From a virus (lineage: Duplodnaviria; Caudoviricetes), in the IMG/VR virus record IMGVR_UViG_3300017913_002459, positions 1 to 26,885 of that record: DNA of 26,885 bases. The stretch is one strand, 5' to 3'. Shown here piece by piece: positions 16,808 to 24,948 of this stretch; the stretch's first letter is position 1; each line of letters begins with the position of its first letter. The notes beneath the pieces are model-generated. The model was given only the letters and a program-made list of their open reading frames with translations. It did not search any database and was not told the origin of the DNA. The translations under genes were made by a program, and so were the position numbers.

Positions 16808-17659
16808 TTATTCTGCATCCTTTGTTTGTGGTACTTCTTTTTCTAAACGTTGTTCCCACTCAGCGTTAAATGTCCGAGTGAAACTTGGATTCAATCCACC
16901 TTGTTCCAGCAAATCGTCTCTAATATTCTGGCCTCGTTTTTCTAAATTTAAAACCCTGGTAAAGCTGTTGTTGATTGCAGCAGTATAGTATGCAAATGGA
17001 TTTTGGCTTTTTAGTTCGTTAAATTGTAAGCCAATCTGTGTCAACTGTAGTAATGCTTGTCCACGCATTTCGTCTACATATGTATATCCACGCCAGTTGC
17101 TTTTCATACTGTATCTCTGACAAAGCATCATATACATTTTGGCAAGGCGATTATTTGTAGTTCCATGTGTGACATTAAAGTGTCCATTTCCAAGTCCACC
17201 TTCCCAATGACTGCGCACCACTTCTTTCCACTCGCCATTTTGCAGTGCAATATGTTTAAATGGTGGGAAGTTGCATTTTGAATGTTTGTCTGCTTCTGTT
17301 TTTGGGTTTGTTTTTCTTTGCTCTAGCGGAATATGCTCAAATGTCATTACCCTGATTACAATATCATCTTCTGGTATTGTGTCGGGATCAACTGCAAAGT
17401 CAATACCTCTAGGTTTGGTTTTTCTTTCAAGCTCTCCACGTTCCCAACGAGCAACTTGTTCTTCGTGTGCTTGTTTCTGCAACCTGGCAGCACGGTTCTG
17501 CTTTGCTTCAGCAATATGTTCCGGTGTAATATCTTGATCTCCTTCTAAAATTAGATCAAAATAGTAATATTTGTCGTCCATAACATAGCAATAGCTCATT
17601 TTGCTGTTATGGATTTCCTTCAATAACTCCTTGTTAGAAAGATAATGATTTCTAGCCAT
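16808..17659 (-). CDS. gp55: Late-transcription sigma factor, T4 gp55-like
   Basis: HYLSNKELL N-terminus, NWRGYTYVDEM, SQNPFAYYT, FTRVLNLEK; T4-like gp55-47-46 order. Confidence 0.88.
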   Translation of the reverse strand: MARNHYLSNKELLKEIHNSKMSYCYVMDDKYYYFDLILEGDQDITPEHIAEAKQNRAARLQKQAHEEQVARWERGELERKTKPRGIDFAVDPDTIPEDDIVIRVMTFEHIPLEQRKTNPKTEADKHSKCNFPPFKHIALQNGEWKEVVRSHWEGGLGNGHFNVTHGTTNNRLAKMYMMLCQRYSMKSNWRGYTYVDEMRGQALLQLTQIGLQFNELKSQNPFAYYTAAINNSFTRVLNLEKRGQNIRDDLLEQGGLNPSFTRTFNAEWEQRLEKEVPQTKDAE

Positions 17660-17682
17660 AGATTGTTCCTCTGATTACCAAT

Positions 17683-17711
17683 AATCTAGCACTGTCTGTA
17701 GTTCGTGTCAA
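17683..17711 (-). promoter_or_regulatory. sigma70-type promoter TTGACA-N17-TAGATT (extended -10 TG) driving gp55-47-46
   Basis: -35 at 17706-17711, -10 at 17683-17688, 17-nt spacer; SD GAGGA upstream of the gp55 ATG. Confidence 0.8.
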
Positions 17712-17728
17712 CCGGTATTTTTCTAGGC

Positions 17729-17734
17729 TAAATA
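17729..17734 (+). promoter_or_regulatory. T4-like late promoter (TAAATA)
   Basis: CTAAATAC followed by AGGAGA SD and ATG 17752. Confidence 0.7.
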
Positions 17735-17751
17735 CTACTAGGAGAATAATT

Positions 17752-18372
17752 ATGCTTATCAACGAAGTCGTAAATCTAACTGAACAATCAGCTAAAGGAG
17801 CCATAATTTTCTACGGTGGACGTTTTCAACCTATGCATCAAGGGCACAGGGATGTATACAAGCACTTAGTGGATAAATTTGGTAGTAACGTATTTATCGC
17901 GACAACTTTTAGCCAGAAAGCAGCAAAAGCACATGCTGGTGGAGATTACAGTGAAGATCCGTTTACTTTTGATGAAAAGAAATCAATTATGACAAAAATG
18001 TTTGGTATTCCTGCAGATAAGATCATCAATCAGAATCCCTATAGAAGCGAACCAAGTGTAGTAGGCGCAAGCAATGACGAATTTGCCACTGTTTTGGTTT
18101 ACGGCGAAAAGGATGCTGGGCGTTTGGGAGGCGGAAATATTTTGCCACTGCCTAATGATATGTCAGAAATGACTCCACACAGCCAAGGAAAAATTTACTA
18201 TTATGTTGCTCCTCTGATGCAGGGCGGAATGAGTGCTAGCGACTTTAGGCTGGTTATGGCAACTGGCAAAAACAAAGCTGGTAAACCAATGGATAAAAAA
18301 CAAGCGTTTAACGAGTTTTTTGGTTCATTTAATCAACAAGTATTTGATTTTATTGAAGGTAGACTTACATGA
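17752..18372 (+). CDS. Cytidyltransferase-like (HxGH) nucleotidyltransferase-superfamily protein
   Basis: FYGGRFQPMHQGH, DPFTFDEK, VYGEKD, MSASDFR (SAT/KMSKS-like). Confidence 0.8.
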   Translation: MLINEVVNLTEQSAKGAIIFYGGRFQPMHQGHRDVYKHLVDKFGSNVFIATTFSQKAAKAHAGGDYSEDPFTFDEKKSIMTKMFGIPADKIINQNPYRSEPSVVGASNDEFATVLVYGEKDAGRLGGGNILPLPNDMSEMTPHSQGKIYYYVAPLMQGGMSASDFRLVMATGKNKAGKPMDKKQAFNEFFGSFNQQVFDFIEGRLT

Positions 18373-18965
18373 GTGGAGGAATTTCCAGTAGCCAACGTAC
18401 AACATTGAGAACTCGTGGAGGGTTTTCATATGATGGTATTCTGGCACCTTTGGCTTCAACACAGGGCGTAGTATTTCCGTATACACCAGTTTTAAGTGTA
18501 TCACATGCTGCAAACTTTGGACAGTATGACATTACACACAGTGTTTATCAGCCAAACTATTGGGTAAACACCAGCAATCCAACTATTGATATGACAGCAA
18601 CGTTTACTGCACAGGATTTATCAGAAGCAAGCCATACTGCGGCTTGTTTACATTTTTTTAAAGCAGTAACCAAGGGATCTTTTGGACAACAAACTAGAAA
18701 TACAACCAGTGGTAGCCCGCCTCCAGTATTACTTCTTAATTCATACGGGCAATTTCAAAACGTTCCAGTAGTGGTAAGAAGTTTTACATACACATTGCCG
18801 GACGATTTTGATTACGTAACTGTTGAAACAGCAGTGGGTGAACAAACACTGCCAACTCAAATGTTAGTACAGCTGAGTTTTTCACCACAATATGCTCCAA
18901 CAAAAGTTAGAAAAGAATTTAATATTAATTCATATCGTAGTGGACAGGCTGGAGGATTTTTATAA
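18369..18965 (+). CDS. Baseplate/tail-tube initiator-like protein (gp48/gp54-type)
   Basis: GVVFPYTP, GSPPPVLLL, VPVVVRSFTYTLP; precedes the gp53-like gene. Confidence 0.65.
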   Translation: MSGGISSSQRTTLRTRGGFSYDGILAPLASTQGVVFPYTPVLSVSHAANFGQYDITHSVYQPNYWVNTSNPTIDMTATFTAQDLSEASHTAACLHFFKAVTKGSFGQQTRNTTSGSPPPVLLLNSYGQFQNVPVVVRSFTYTLPDDFDYVTVETAVGEQTLPTQMLVQLSFSPQYAPTKVRKEFNINSYRSGQAGGFL

Positions 18966-19246
18966 TGAAATTTAGATCAGACAGTATGTACAGAAACACA
19001 AGTATTGTCAATAGTAAATACCTCGATATAATGAATCCAGTGATTGATAATCCTGGAAACTATACAACAAGAGAAGTCACTATTGAAAGTCGATATGATC
19101 AACGTCCAGATTTAATGGCGTATGATTTATATGGAAATGCCAAACTTTGGTGGGTGTTTGCAGAATTTAATCCAGACGAACTAAATGATCCAATTGTGGA
19201 TTTTAATACCGGAAAAACTATCGTAGTGCCAACAAGGTTCTCATAA
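18965..19246 (+). CDS. gp53: Baseplate wedge protein, gp53-like (LysM-like)
   Basis: RPDLMAYDLYGNAKLWWVFAEFN motif. Confidence 0.8.
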   Translation: MKFRSDSMYRNTSIVNSKYLDIMNPVIDNPGNYTTREVTIESRYDQRPDLMAYDLYGNAKLWWVFAEFNPDELNDPIVDFNTGKTIVVPTRFS

Positions 19247-22015
19247 ATGTCAGTAAGAAGTGTTAGAAATAATAATCCAGGAAACATCAGGACTGGTGGT
19301 GATCAGTGGAACGGTGCTGTTGGCGACGATGGCTCCTTTGTGACTTTTGAGAGTCCAGAAATGGGCGCACGTGCCATGGCACGAACACTCAACAGCTATC
19401 AAACCAGACACAATCTAAGAACTGTAGATCAAATGGTCAGTCGTTGGGCACCTCCCAACGAAAACGATACCAGGAATTATGTAAGACAAGTTTCTGAATA
19501 CATGGGTGTAAGTCCACACCAAGCAATTGACTTGCAAGCTAATCCAGAATTACAAACAAAAATGATGGAGGCTATGATACGTATGGAAGGCGGACCTGAA
19601 GCATCAGCACATTTCAACACTGATGTCATCAGGTCAGGTGTAGCATTAGCAAACGGCGGTACACCACCACCTGCACAAAACCCGCCAATTCCAGTTAACC
19701 CCAATCCAGTCTCTGCCCGTCCAGCAATGACATCTGATATACAAGAACAAATTGACAGGCAGCAGGCAGCAATTGACGGAAATCTTGCAATGCAGACAGC
19801 AAGAGCTAATTTGGCTTCTGATCAGGCAGATTGGGATGCTGTTGCCAGAGACATTGGTGTTGAACGTGCAACTGCTCAGTTTGGTGAAAGACCTCACGAA
19901 AACATGGAGGGTGATCCTTATAACTTTACCGGAGCTCGTGCAGCAGTTTCAGGAAATCAAAGAGAAATTGATCGTTTGAGACAAGAACTTGCTGATGAAC
20001 AAGCAGCATGGGATGAAGAATTCGGAGCAACTCACAATGCTGATGGAACGCCTATTCGTGAAACATCGGATGAAGTTGTTCCGCCAGAAACACCAGGTGA
20101 CAACACTGATGAGCCTCCTGCAAGTGAAACACGCAGAGATCAAGCACCCACAACACTGACTGATAGAACAACCACAAACTGGTATACAGAGCATGACTTA
20201 CCAACCTATAAGTGGACATTCTATCTGGTAAAACCGCATATATGGAACAATCCAACAGTGTTGGAAAATGACATGAGCGTAACAAATTCTGGCGATGCAG
20301 TTATCATTGCTGAAAGCGGTGTAGAGGCAGCCTTTGCTATTGAAAATTTACTAATGCTCTCCAAGCTAGTGGGCGGCAGCGGCGCAGTGGGTACTTTCCA
20401 GTTTGATATTTTAGAACCATATGGGTTTACACTTATGGATAGAATTACAGCATTACAGCCTAATTTTTATGGACAAATGGGCATACAAGCGGCATTGTTT
20501 GTTTTAAAGTTGGAATTCCAAGCAAGAGATTCAAGCACTGGTAGAGAAATTAAATGGCCTGGTAGTTTCTTTTATTCATGCACAATACGTGAAATGAAAG
20601 CATCACTGGATGCAAGCGGAACACGATATAACGTTGTTGCATTTAACACAAAACAAAGCAGTGAAGCAGAAGCAGTTGTTGTTACAGACTTTCAGTTTAC
20701 TGACGTCGGTAATGTTGACAGTTTAGCTTCGTCACTGGAAACAGCTCTTAATGATCATGAACGAGATATTAGAGCAACAGATAGGCCTGACAATGATGTT
20801 GATCCAGATGTGCCTGATCGTCCTAGAAAAACTTGGGAAATTGTTTTTGCTGACAGTGCGACCAATGCCCCCTCAGCAAGTGGTAGTAGTTTTGATTTGT
20901 CAAGAGTGGCATTTAGTACTACTGCTGAACAAGCACAGGCAGCAATGTTAAGCGCCAGCAATGAAGATCCAAACTTGAGAAATGGCACAGTTGGTGGAAG
21001 TACAAACATGAAAGTCTTTCTGGAACATCTATTGACAACTAATGTTCCAGAGTTTGCGACTTTTGTAGCACAGCACCGTGATCAGGGATTTAAAATTCCT
21101 TTTATACATGTTGATACAGAGACAATTGCAAGTGAAGACAGAGATACTGGAACAAACCAACGAGCAGTTACAGAAAGATTAATTGTTGAAATTAAATTTG
21201 CATTCACTAACGTTGAACGTGATCCAGATGTGGCAAGAGAAAGAGTTAGTGATCCAAATTTCCAACAACAGAGATTTAGTGATCTCCCCATCAACAAAGT
21301 TTACAGATACTTGTACAGTGGAGAAAATACTGAGCTATTAAATTTTGACTTAACATTTGACACTTACTTTTTTAATGCTAGGGATCCAGGCATGGGGTTT
21401 GTTTATGCACAGCCTAGCGGACAAGTGCATCCGGGCGCTAATGTAACAAACACCAGTTCGGTTGGTTCTAACACAGTAGCCAACAATTCAGGTATCAGTA
21501 CTCCAATACAAACAGGAAAGTTTCTGAGTGACATTAAAATAGATCAGGACGACATGGTTTTAAATATTCCGCAGTTTGGATTTGCTGCACTAGGAGCTCA
21601 AGCTCAACAAGTTTCTGATATAGACAATGGAAATATTGACAGTATCAATGCACTAAGAGATAAAATGTATGCCGAAAGAGATACCGATTTTCTAACAGCG
21701 AGTTTTGAAATTGTTGGAGATCCGTTCTGGATGGGACAGCCTGGAGCGGTTAAAACAGGAGACCAGACAAGTAACCTGGAATTTGCTGATGCTGACACAA
21801 TGATTGGATTCATTAACTATTTTGGCAGAGAAGAAATGTATGAGCCTGGTTGGGCAGGAAAAGCAGACATGGATTTAATCAGCAGCGGTGTTTATAAAAT
21901 TACAGATATTGAAAGTAAATTTCAGAATGGACAATTTACCCAAATCTTAAAAGGCTTCAAAGATAATAGAACACGACCATCAATAGTTAAAACACAACTG
22001 GAGAACCTAGGATAA
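19247..22015 (+). CDS. Baseplate hub-like protein with an N-terminal lysozyme-like (RNNNPGNI) domain
   Basis: N-terminal SVRNNNPGNIR...FESPEMGARA...SRWAPPNENDT; C-terminal IVGDPFW and SGVYKITDIESKFQNGQFTQ typical of gp27-type hubs; sits between gp53 and gp5. Confidence 0.7.
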   Translation: MSVRSVRNNNPGNIRTGGDQWNGAVGDDGSFVTFESPEMGARAMARTLNSYQTRHNLRTVDQMVSRWAPPNENDTRNYVRQVSEYMGVSPHQAIDLQANPELQTKMMEAMIRMEGGPEASAHFNTDVIRSGVALANGGTPPPAQNPPIPVNPNPVSARPAMTSDIQEQIDRQQAAIDGNLAMQTARANLASDQADWDAVARDIGVERATAQFGERPHENMEGDPYNFTGARAAVSGNQREIDRLRQELADEQAAWDEEFGATHNADGTPIRETSDEVVPPETPGDNTDEPPASETRRDQAPTTLTDRTTTNWYTEHDLPTYKWTFYLVKPHIWNNPTVLENDMSVTNSGDAVIIAESGVEAAFAIENLLMLSKLVGGSGAVGTFQFDILEPYGFTLMDRITALQPNFYGQMGIQAALFVLKLEFQARDSSTGREIKWPGSFFYSCTIREMKASLDASGTRYNVVAFNTKQSSEAEAVVVTDFQFTDVGNVDSLASSLETALNDHERDIRATDRPDNDVDPDVPDRPRKTWEIVFADSATNAPSASGSSFDLSRVAFSTTAEQAQAAMLSASNEDPNLRNGTVGGSTNMKVFLEHLLTTNVPEFATFVAQHRDQGFKIPFIHVDTETIASEDRDTGTNQRAVTERLIVEIKFAFTNVERDPDVARERVSDPNFQQQRFSDLPINKVYRYLYSGENTELLNFDLTFDTYFFNARDPGMGFVYAQPSGQVHPGANVTNTSSVGSNTVANNSGISTPIQTGKFLSDIKIDQDDMVLNIPQFGFAALGAQAQQVSDIDNGNIDSINALRDKMYAERDTDFLTASFEIVGDPFWMGQPGAVKTGDQTSNLEFADADTMIGFINYFGREEMYEPGWAGKADMDLISSGVYKITDIESKFQNGQFTQILKGFKDNRTRPSIVKTQLENLG

Positions 22016-23226
22016 TGACAGGATACAAAAGTAACAATCACAATATGCCTGACAGAGTAAAGCAAGGCGGCAAGAACGGTATTAACACAATTTCTGGAGT
22101 ATATCCAGCAATCGTTGTTAAAAACCAAGACAGCACTAACCTTGGAAGAATTGAAGTTAGAATTCCTGAAATGGGAAACCCAACGTCAAAAGCAACTCGT
22201 ATGATAAGTTTAGTGTCTCCCATGGCAGGTATTGATGGATTATATGATGCAGCAGATGATGTGAAAGCTGACAGCGGGACAGCCAAAAGCTACGGCATGT
22301 GGCCACAACCTCCAGCAGTTGGCACAGAAGTATTAGTAGCATTTACCAGCAGTAGGGAAGAAGGATTTTTGATCGGTTCAATGATGAGCAAGGACCGTAA
22401 CAGCATGATGGGCGGCAATGCCAGTACAGAAGCATATGATCCTGACACTGGAGATCAATACTTTGCACAATCACTGGAAAAGAATCCCAAAGACAACAAC
22501 GACAGTGTTACAAGACCAACAGAAAGTGTTGTTGATGCAAATAGAAAAATACAAGGACTTGCTGGTGATCTAGTCAGAGGACACAGCCAGAGTAGTGCAA
22601 GGCGTGAAAGTCCTAGTCGTGTTTTTGGTATCACTACCAATGGCGGACATACATTTAGCATGGACGATGGCGCAACTGATGGCAGCGGAAGCCAAAACAT
22701 CAGAATTAGATCCAAGTCAGGTGCACAAATACTTATTGACGACACCAATGATTTTATATTTGTAACCAACAGTCAAGGCAGTGCTTATATTGAAATTGAC
22801 AGTGACGGAAATATTGATATGTACAGTGCTAAAAATGTCAGTGTACATGCTGAAGAAGATATCAACTTCCATGCAAAACAAAATATCAATATGCAAGCAG
22901 ACCAAGGTGTAAATATCAAAAGCACTGGTGCTGAAGGTATTAAAATGGAAGCCAGTGTTGGCGGCATTCATCAGACAGCAAAAGATATCTGGAGCGTTAA
23001 AGGTTTAACCAGTAACATTACCAGTAACCATCACAAAGAGACAGCAAGCCGTATTGATATGAACGGTCCAACAGCAACCACACCTACAGAAATTACAATG
23101 CAAAGTCAAGTAGCAAATAAAAATATTTTGGAAAGTGCAGCAAGTCGTGTTCCAGAGCACCACCCTTGGAAAGGCGTTACTGCCGTGCAAGAGAGATTTA
23201 AAACAGGATCAGGAAACATCACATAA
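22015..23226 (+). CDS. gp5: Baseplate central spike, gp5/VgrG-like
   Basis: OB-fold GRIEVRIP, SYGMWPQPPAVGTEVLVAF; GHTFSMDD, IRIRSKSGAQILIDD; beta-repeat C-terminus; ends near RVPEHHPW. Confidence 0.8.
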   Translation: MTGYKSNNHNMPDRVKQGGKNGINTISGVYPAIVVKNQDSTNLGRIEVRIPEMGNPTSKATRMISLVSPMAGIDGLYDAADDVKADSGTAKSYGMWPQPPAVGTEVLVAFTSSREEGFLIGSMMSKDRNSMMGGNASTEAYDPDTGDQYFAQSLEKNPKDNNDSVTRPTESVVDANRKIQGLAGDLVRGHSQSSARRESPSRVFGITTNGGHTFSMDDGATDGSGSQNIRIRSKSGAQILIDDTNDFIFVTNSQGSAYIEIDSDGNIDMYSAKNVSVHAEEDINFHAKQNINMQADQGVNIKSTGAEGIKMEASVGGIHQTAKDIWSVKGLTSNITSNHHKETASRIDMNGPTATTPTEITMQSQVANKNILESAASRVPEHHPWKGVTAVQERFKTGSGNIT

Positions 23227-23954
23227 TGGCTGACATCACTTTACCCAACACAATTACAGAAAAGGATTTAATTGAGTTTGATCTCTTTACAGTAAAAAAT
23301 GAATCCTATGTTAATGATAAAATTATACTTGCAAATCTAGAAGCAAGTCCAGAATGTCTCAATTTTATGTTGCGCCAAACATACTGGAGCGGTTATAGTT
23401 ATGTCAAACCAGGAACAAACACCACTGTTATTGGTTACGGCACAACCGAGGACGTCAAGTCTATCACAGGACTAACTGAAGAACAATCCTATAGTTATTG
23501 GATTGCAGGCGTAAAAGAAACAGAAAAAAAGTTAAAAAGACAGTTTCCTCTTGACAAACTAACACAATCACAGTATGATGGATTGGTGAGTTTGTTCCAC
23601 TCTAGTGGTAGTTTTACTGAAGTAGGATCTACAGTGCGTAGGTTTCAGATTAGTAATTTTATCAAACAAGAAAAATGGAATTATATTGCCAGTGCAATGA
23701 TTAACAGCGGAACTGATAGAGCAAGACGTCAGGCAGAAGCAAAAATTATTATGCTGGGTGACTATGGAATATTCAAAGATAGAAGTTTAATAAAAGAAGC
23801 TGGAATACAAGACATAAGAAAAAAATATCCGGAAGATATACAGTCAAACCTTGCAAAAAAACAAGCAGAAGTTGTTTACTATATTGAAACAGGAAGATTT
23901 TTACCACAATTAACTATGTCTAGAATGAGAGAATTAGTTAGATTAAATACATAA
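23226..23954 (+). CDS. GH24 phage-lysozyme-like baseplate protein, probably catalytically degenerate
   Basis: VIGYGT, LTQSQYDGLVSL, RRQAEA motifs; expected catalytic Glu not seen. Confidence 0.65.
   Translation: MADITLPNTITEKDLIEFDLFTVKNESYVNDKIILANLEASPECLNFMLRQTYWSGYSYVKPGTNTTVIGYGTTEDVKSITGLTEEQSYSYWIAGVKETEKKLKRQFPLDKLTQSQYDGLVSLFHSSGSFTEVGSTVRRFQISNFIKQEKWNYIASAMINSGTDRARRQAEAKIIMLGDYGIFKDRSLIKEAGIQDIRKKYPEDIQSNLAKKQAEVVYYIETGRFLPQLTMSRMRELVRLNT
23944..23949 (+). promoter_or_regulatory. Possible late promoter (TAAATA) upstream of HNH
   Basis: TTAAATAC within the last codons of the lysozyme-like gene. Confidence 0.5.
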
Positions 23955-23972
23955 AAGAAGGATTTATATGTT

Positions 23973-24527
23973 TTGCCCAGTGTTTTATTATTAAATGCAG
24001 ATGCACAGCCCCTCAGTTATATGCCCCTCAGTACCATTTCTTGGCAATCAGCAGTCAAGGCAATTTTTCAAGAAAAAGTAAAAGTATTAGCAAGCTACGA
24101 GGACAGACTACTTCGTAGCTCTTCTTTTAGTATGCCTATGCCAAGTGTACTATTACTACATGCATATCACAAGCACCCAAACAAAGCAAAGTTCACCAGA
24201 CGCAACTTGTTTATACGTGACGATTTTAAATGCCAATATTGTGGAGACCATTTTAATTATGGAGACTTAACAATTGATCATGTGATTCCAAAATCAAGAG
24301 GTGGTAAACTTACCTGGGAGAACAGCGTAGCAGCATGTATGCCTTGCAATGTTGCAAAAGGAAAACGTATAGTTAATCCAATGAAAAAACCACACAAGCC
24401 TACTTGGTTTGAAATCAACAATGCAGCTAGAAACTACAAGTTAACCATACCTGATCCAGCTTGGCAAATGTATATTCAGTGGCCAGAAGAGCTATTAACT
24501 ATCAATCCACTGCCACAACTCACTTGA
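23973..24527 (+). CDS. HNH endonuclease (McrA/HNH_5-like)
   Basis: VLLLNAD, RRNLFIRDDFKCQYCG, TIDHVIPKSRGG, WENSVAACMPCNVAKG; TTG start. Confidence 0.92.
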   Translation: MPSVLLLNADAQPLSYMPLSTISWQSAVKAIFQEKVKVLASYEDRLLRSSSFSMPMPSVLLLHAYHKHPNKAKFTRRNLFIRDDFKCQYCGDHFNYGDLTIDHVIPKSRGGKLTWENSVAACMPCNVAKGKRIVNPMKKPHKPTWFEINNAARNYKLTIPDPAWQMYIQWPEELLTINPLPQLT

Positions 24528-24549
24528 CGAAAAACCACTGATTTTTTAG

Positions 24550-24556
24550 ATAAATA
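24550..24556 (+). promoter_or_regulatory. Late promoter (ATAAATA) upstream of gp25
   Basis: GATAAATAC only 5 nt before ATG 24562. Confidence 0.6.
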
Positions 24557-24561
24557 CCTTT

Positions 24562-24945
24562 ATGAACAAGATCATCGGGTATACAACAGTAGGTTCACTT
24601 ACGAGTGCAAAATATTTAACAGATCTAGAGCTGGCAAAGCAAGATCTGAGCAACCACTTTGCGATTCGCAAAGGCGAAAAGTGGACTAATCCTGAATTTG
24701 GAAGCAATCTCCCATTATATGTCTTTGAACCATTGGATGAGACTACAATTCTCAATATTGAACAGGATGTTGAGGATGTAATTAACTATGACCCTAGGTT
24801 CGAACAAGTTACAAAAAATGTAATTGTTAACAGAGACGATAGTGCGGTTACTGTGATTATTAAATTAATTTATTTGCCCACAACAACACCCACTGATCTT
24901 GTGTTGAAATTCGATGACGAATTCAAAGAAACAGTAGAATTTTAA
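24562..24945 (+). CDS. gp25: Baseplate wedge/sheath initiator, gp25-like
   Basis: IRKGEKWTNPEFGSNLPLYVFEPLD, INYDPR motifs. Confidence 0.88.
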   Translation: MNKIIGYTTVGSLTSAKYLTDLELAKQDLSNHFAIRKGEKWTNPEFGSNLPLYVFEPLDETTILNIEQDVEDVINYDPRFEQVTKNVIVNRDDSAVTVIIKLIYLPTTTPTDLVLKFDDEFKETVEF

Positions 24946-24948
24946 AAA

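Noticed and set aside
16806-16859. N-terminal extension of gp47
   Set aside because: Overlaps gp55; the first Mre11 motif fits a start at 16805
17683-17711. Host assignment from the GCTAGATT -10 box (alphaproteobacterial-like)
   Set aside because: Only two sigma70 promoters are available, too weak to assign a host
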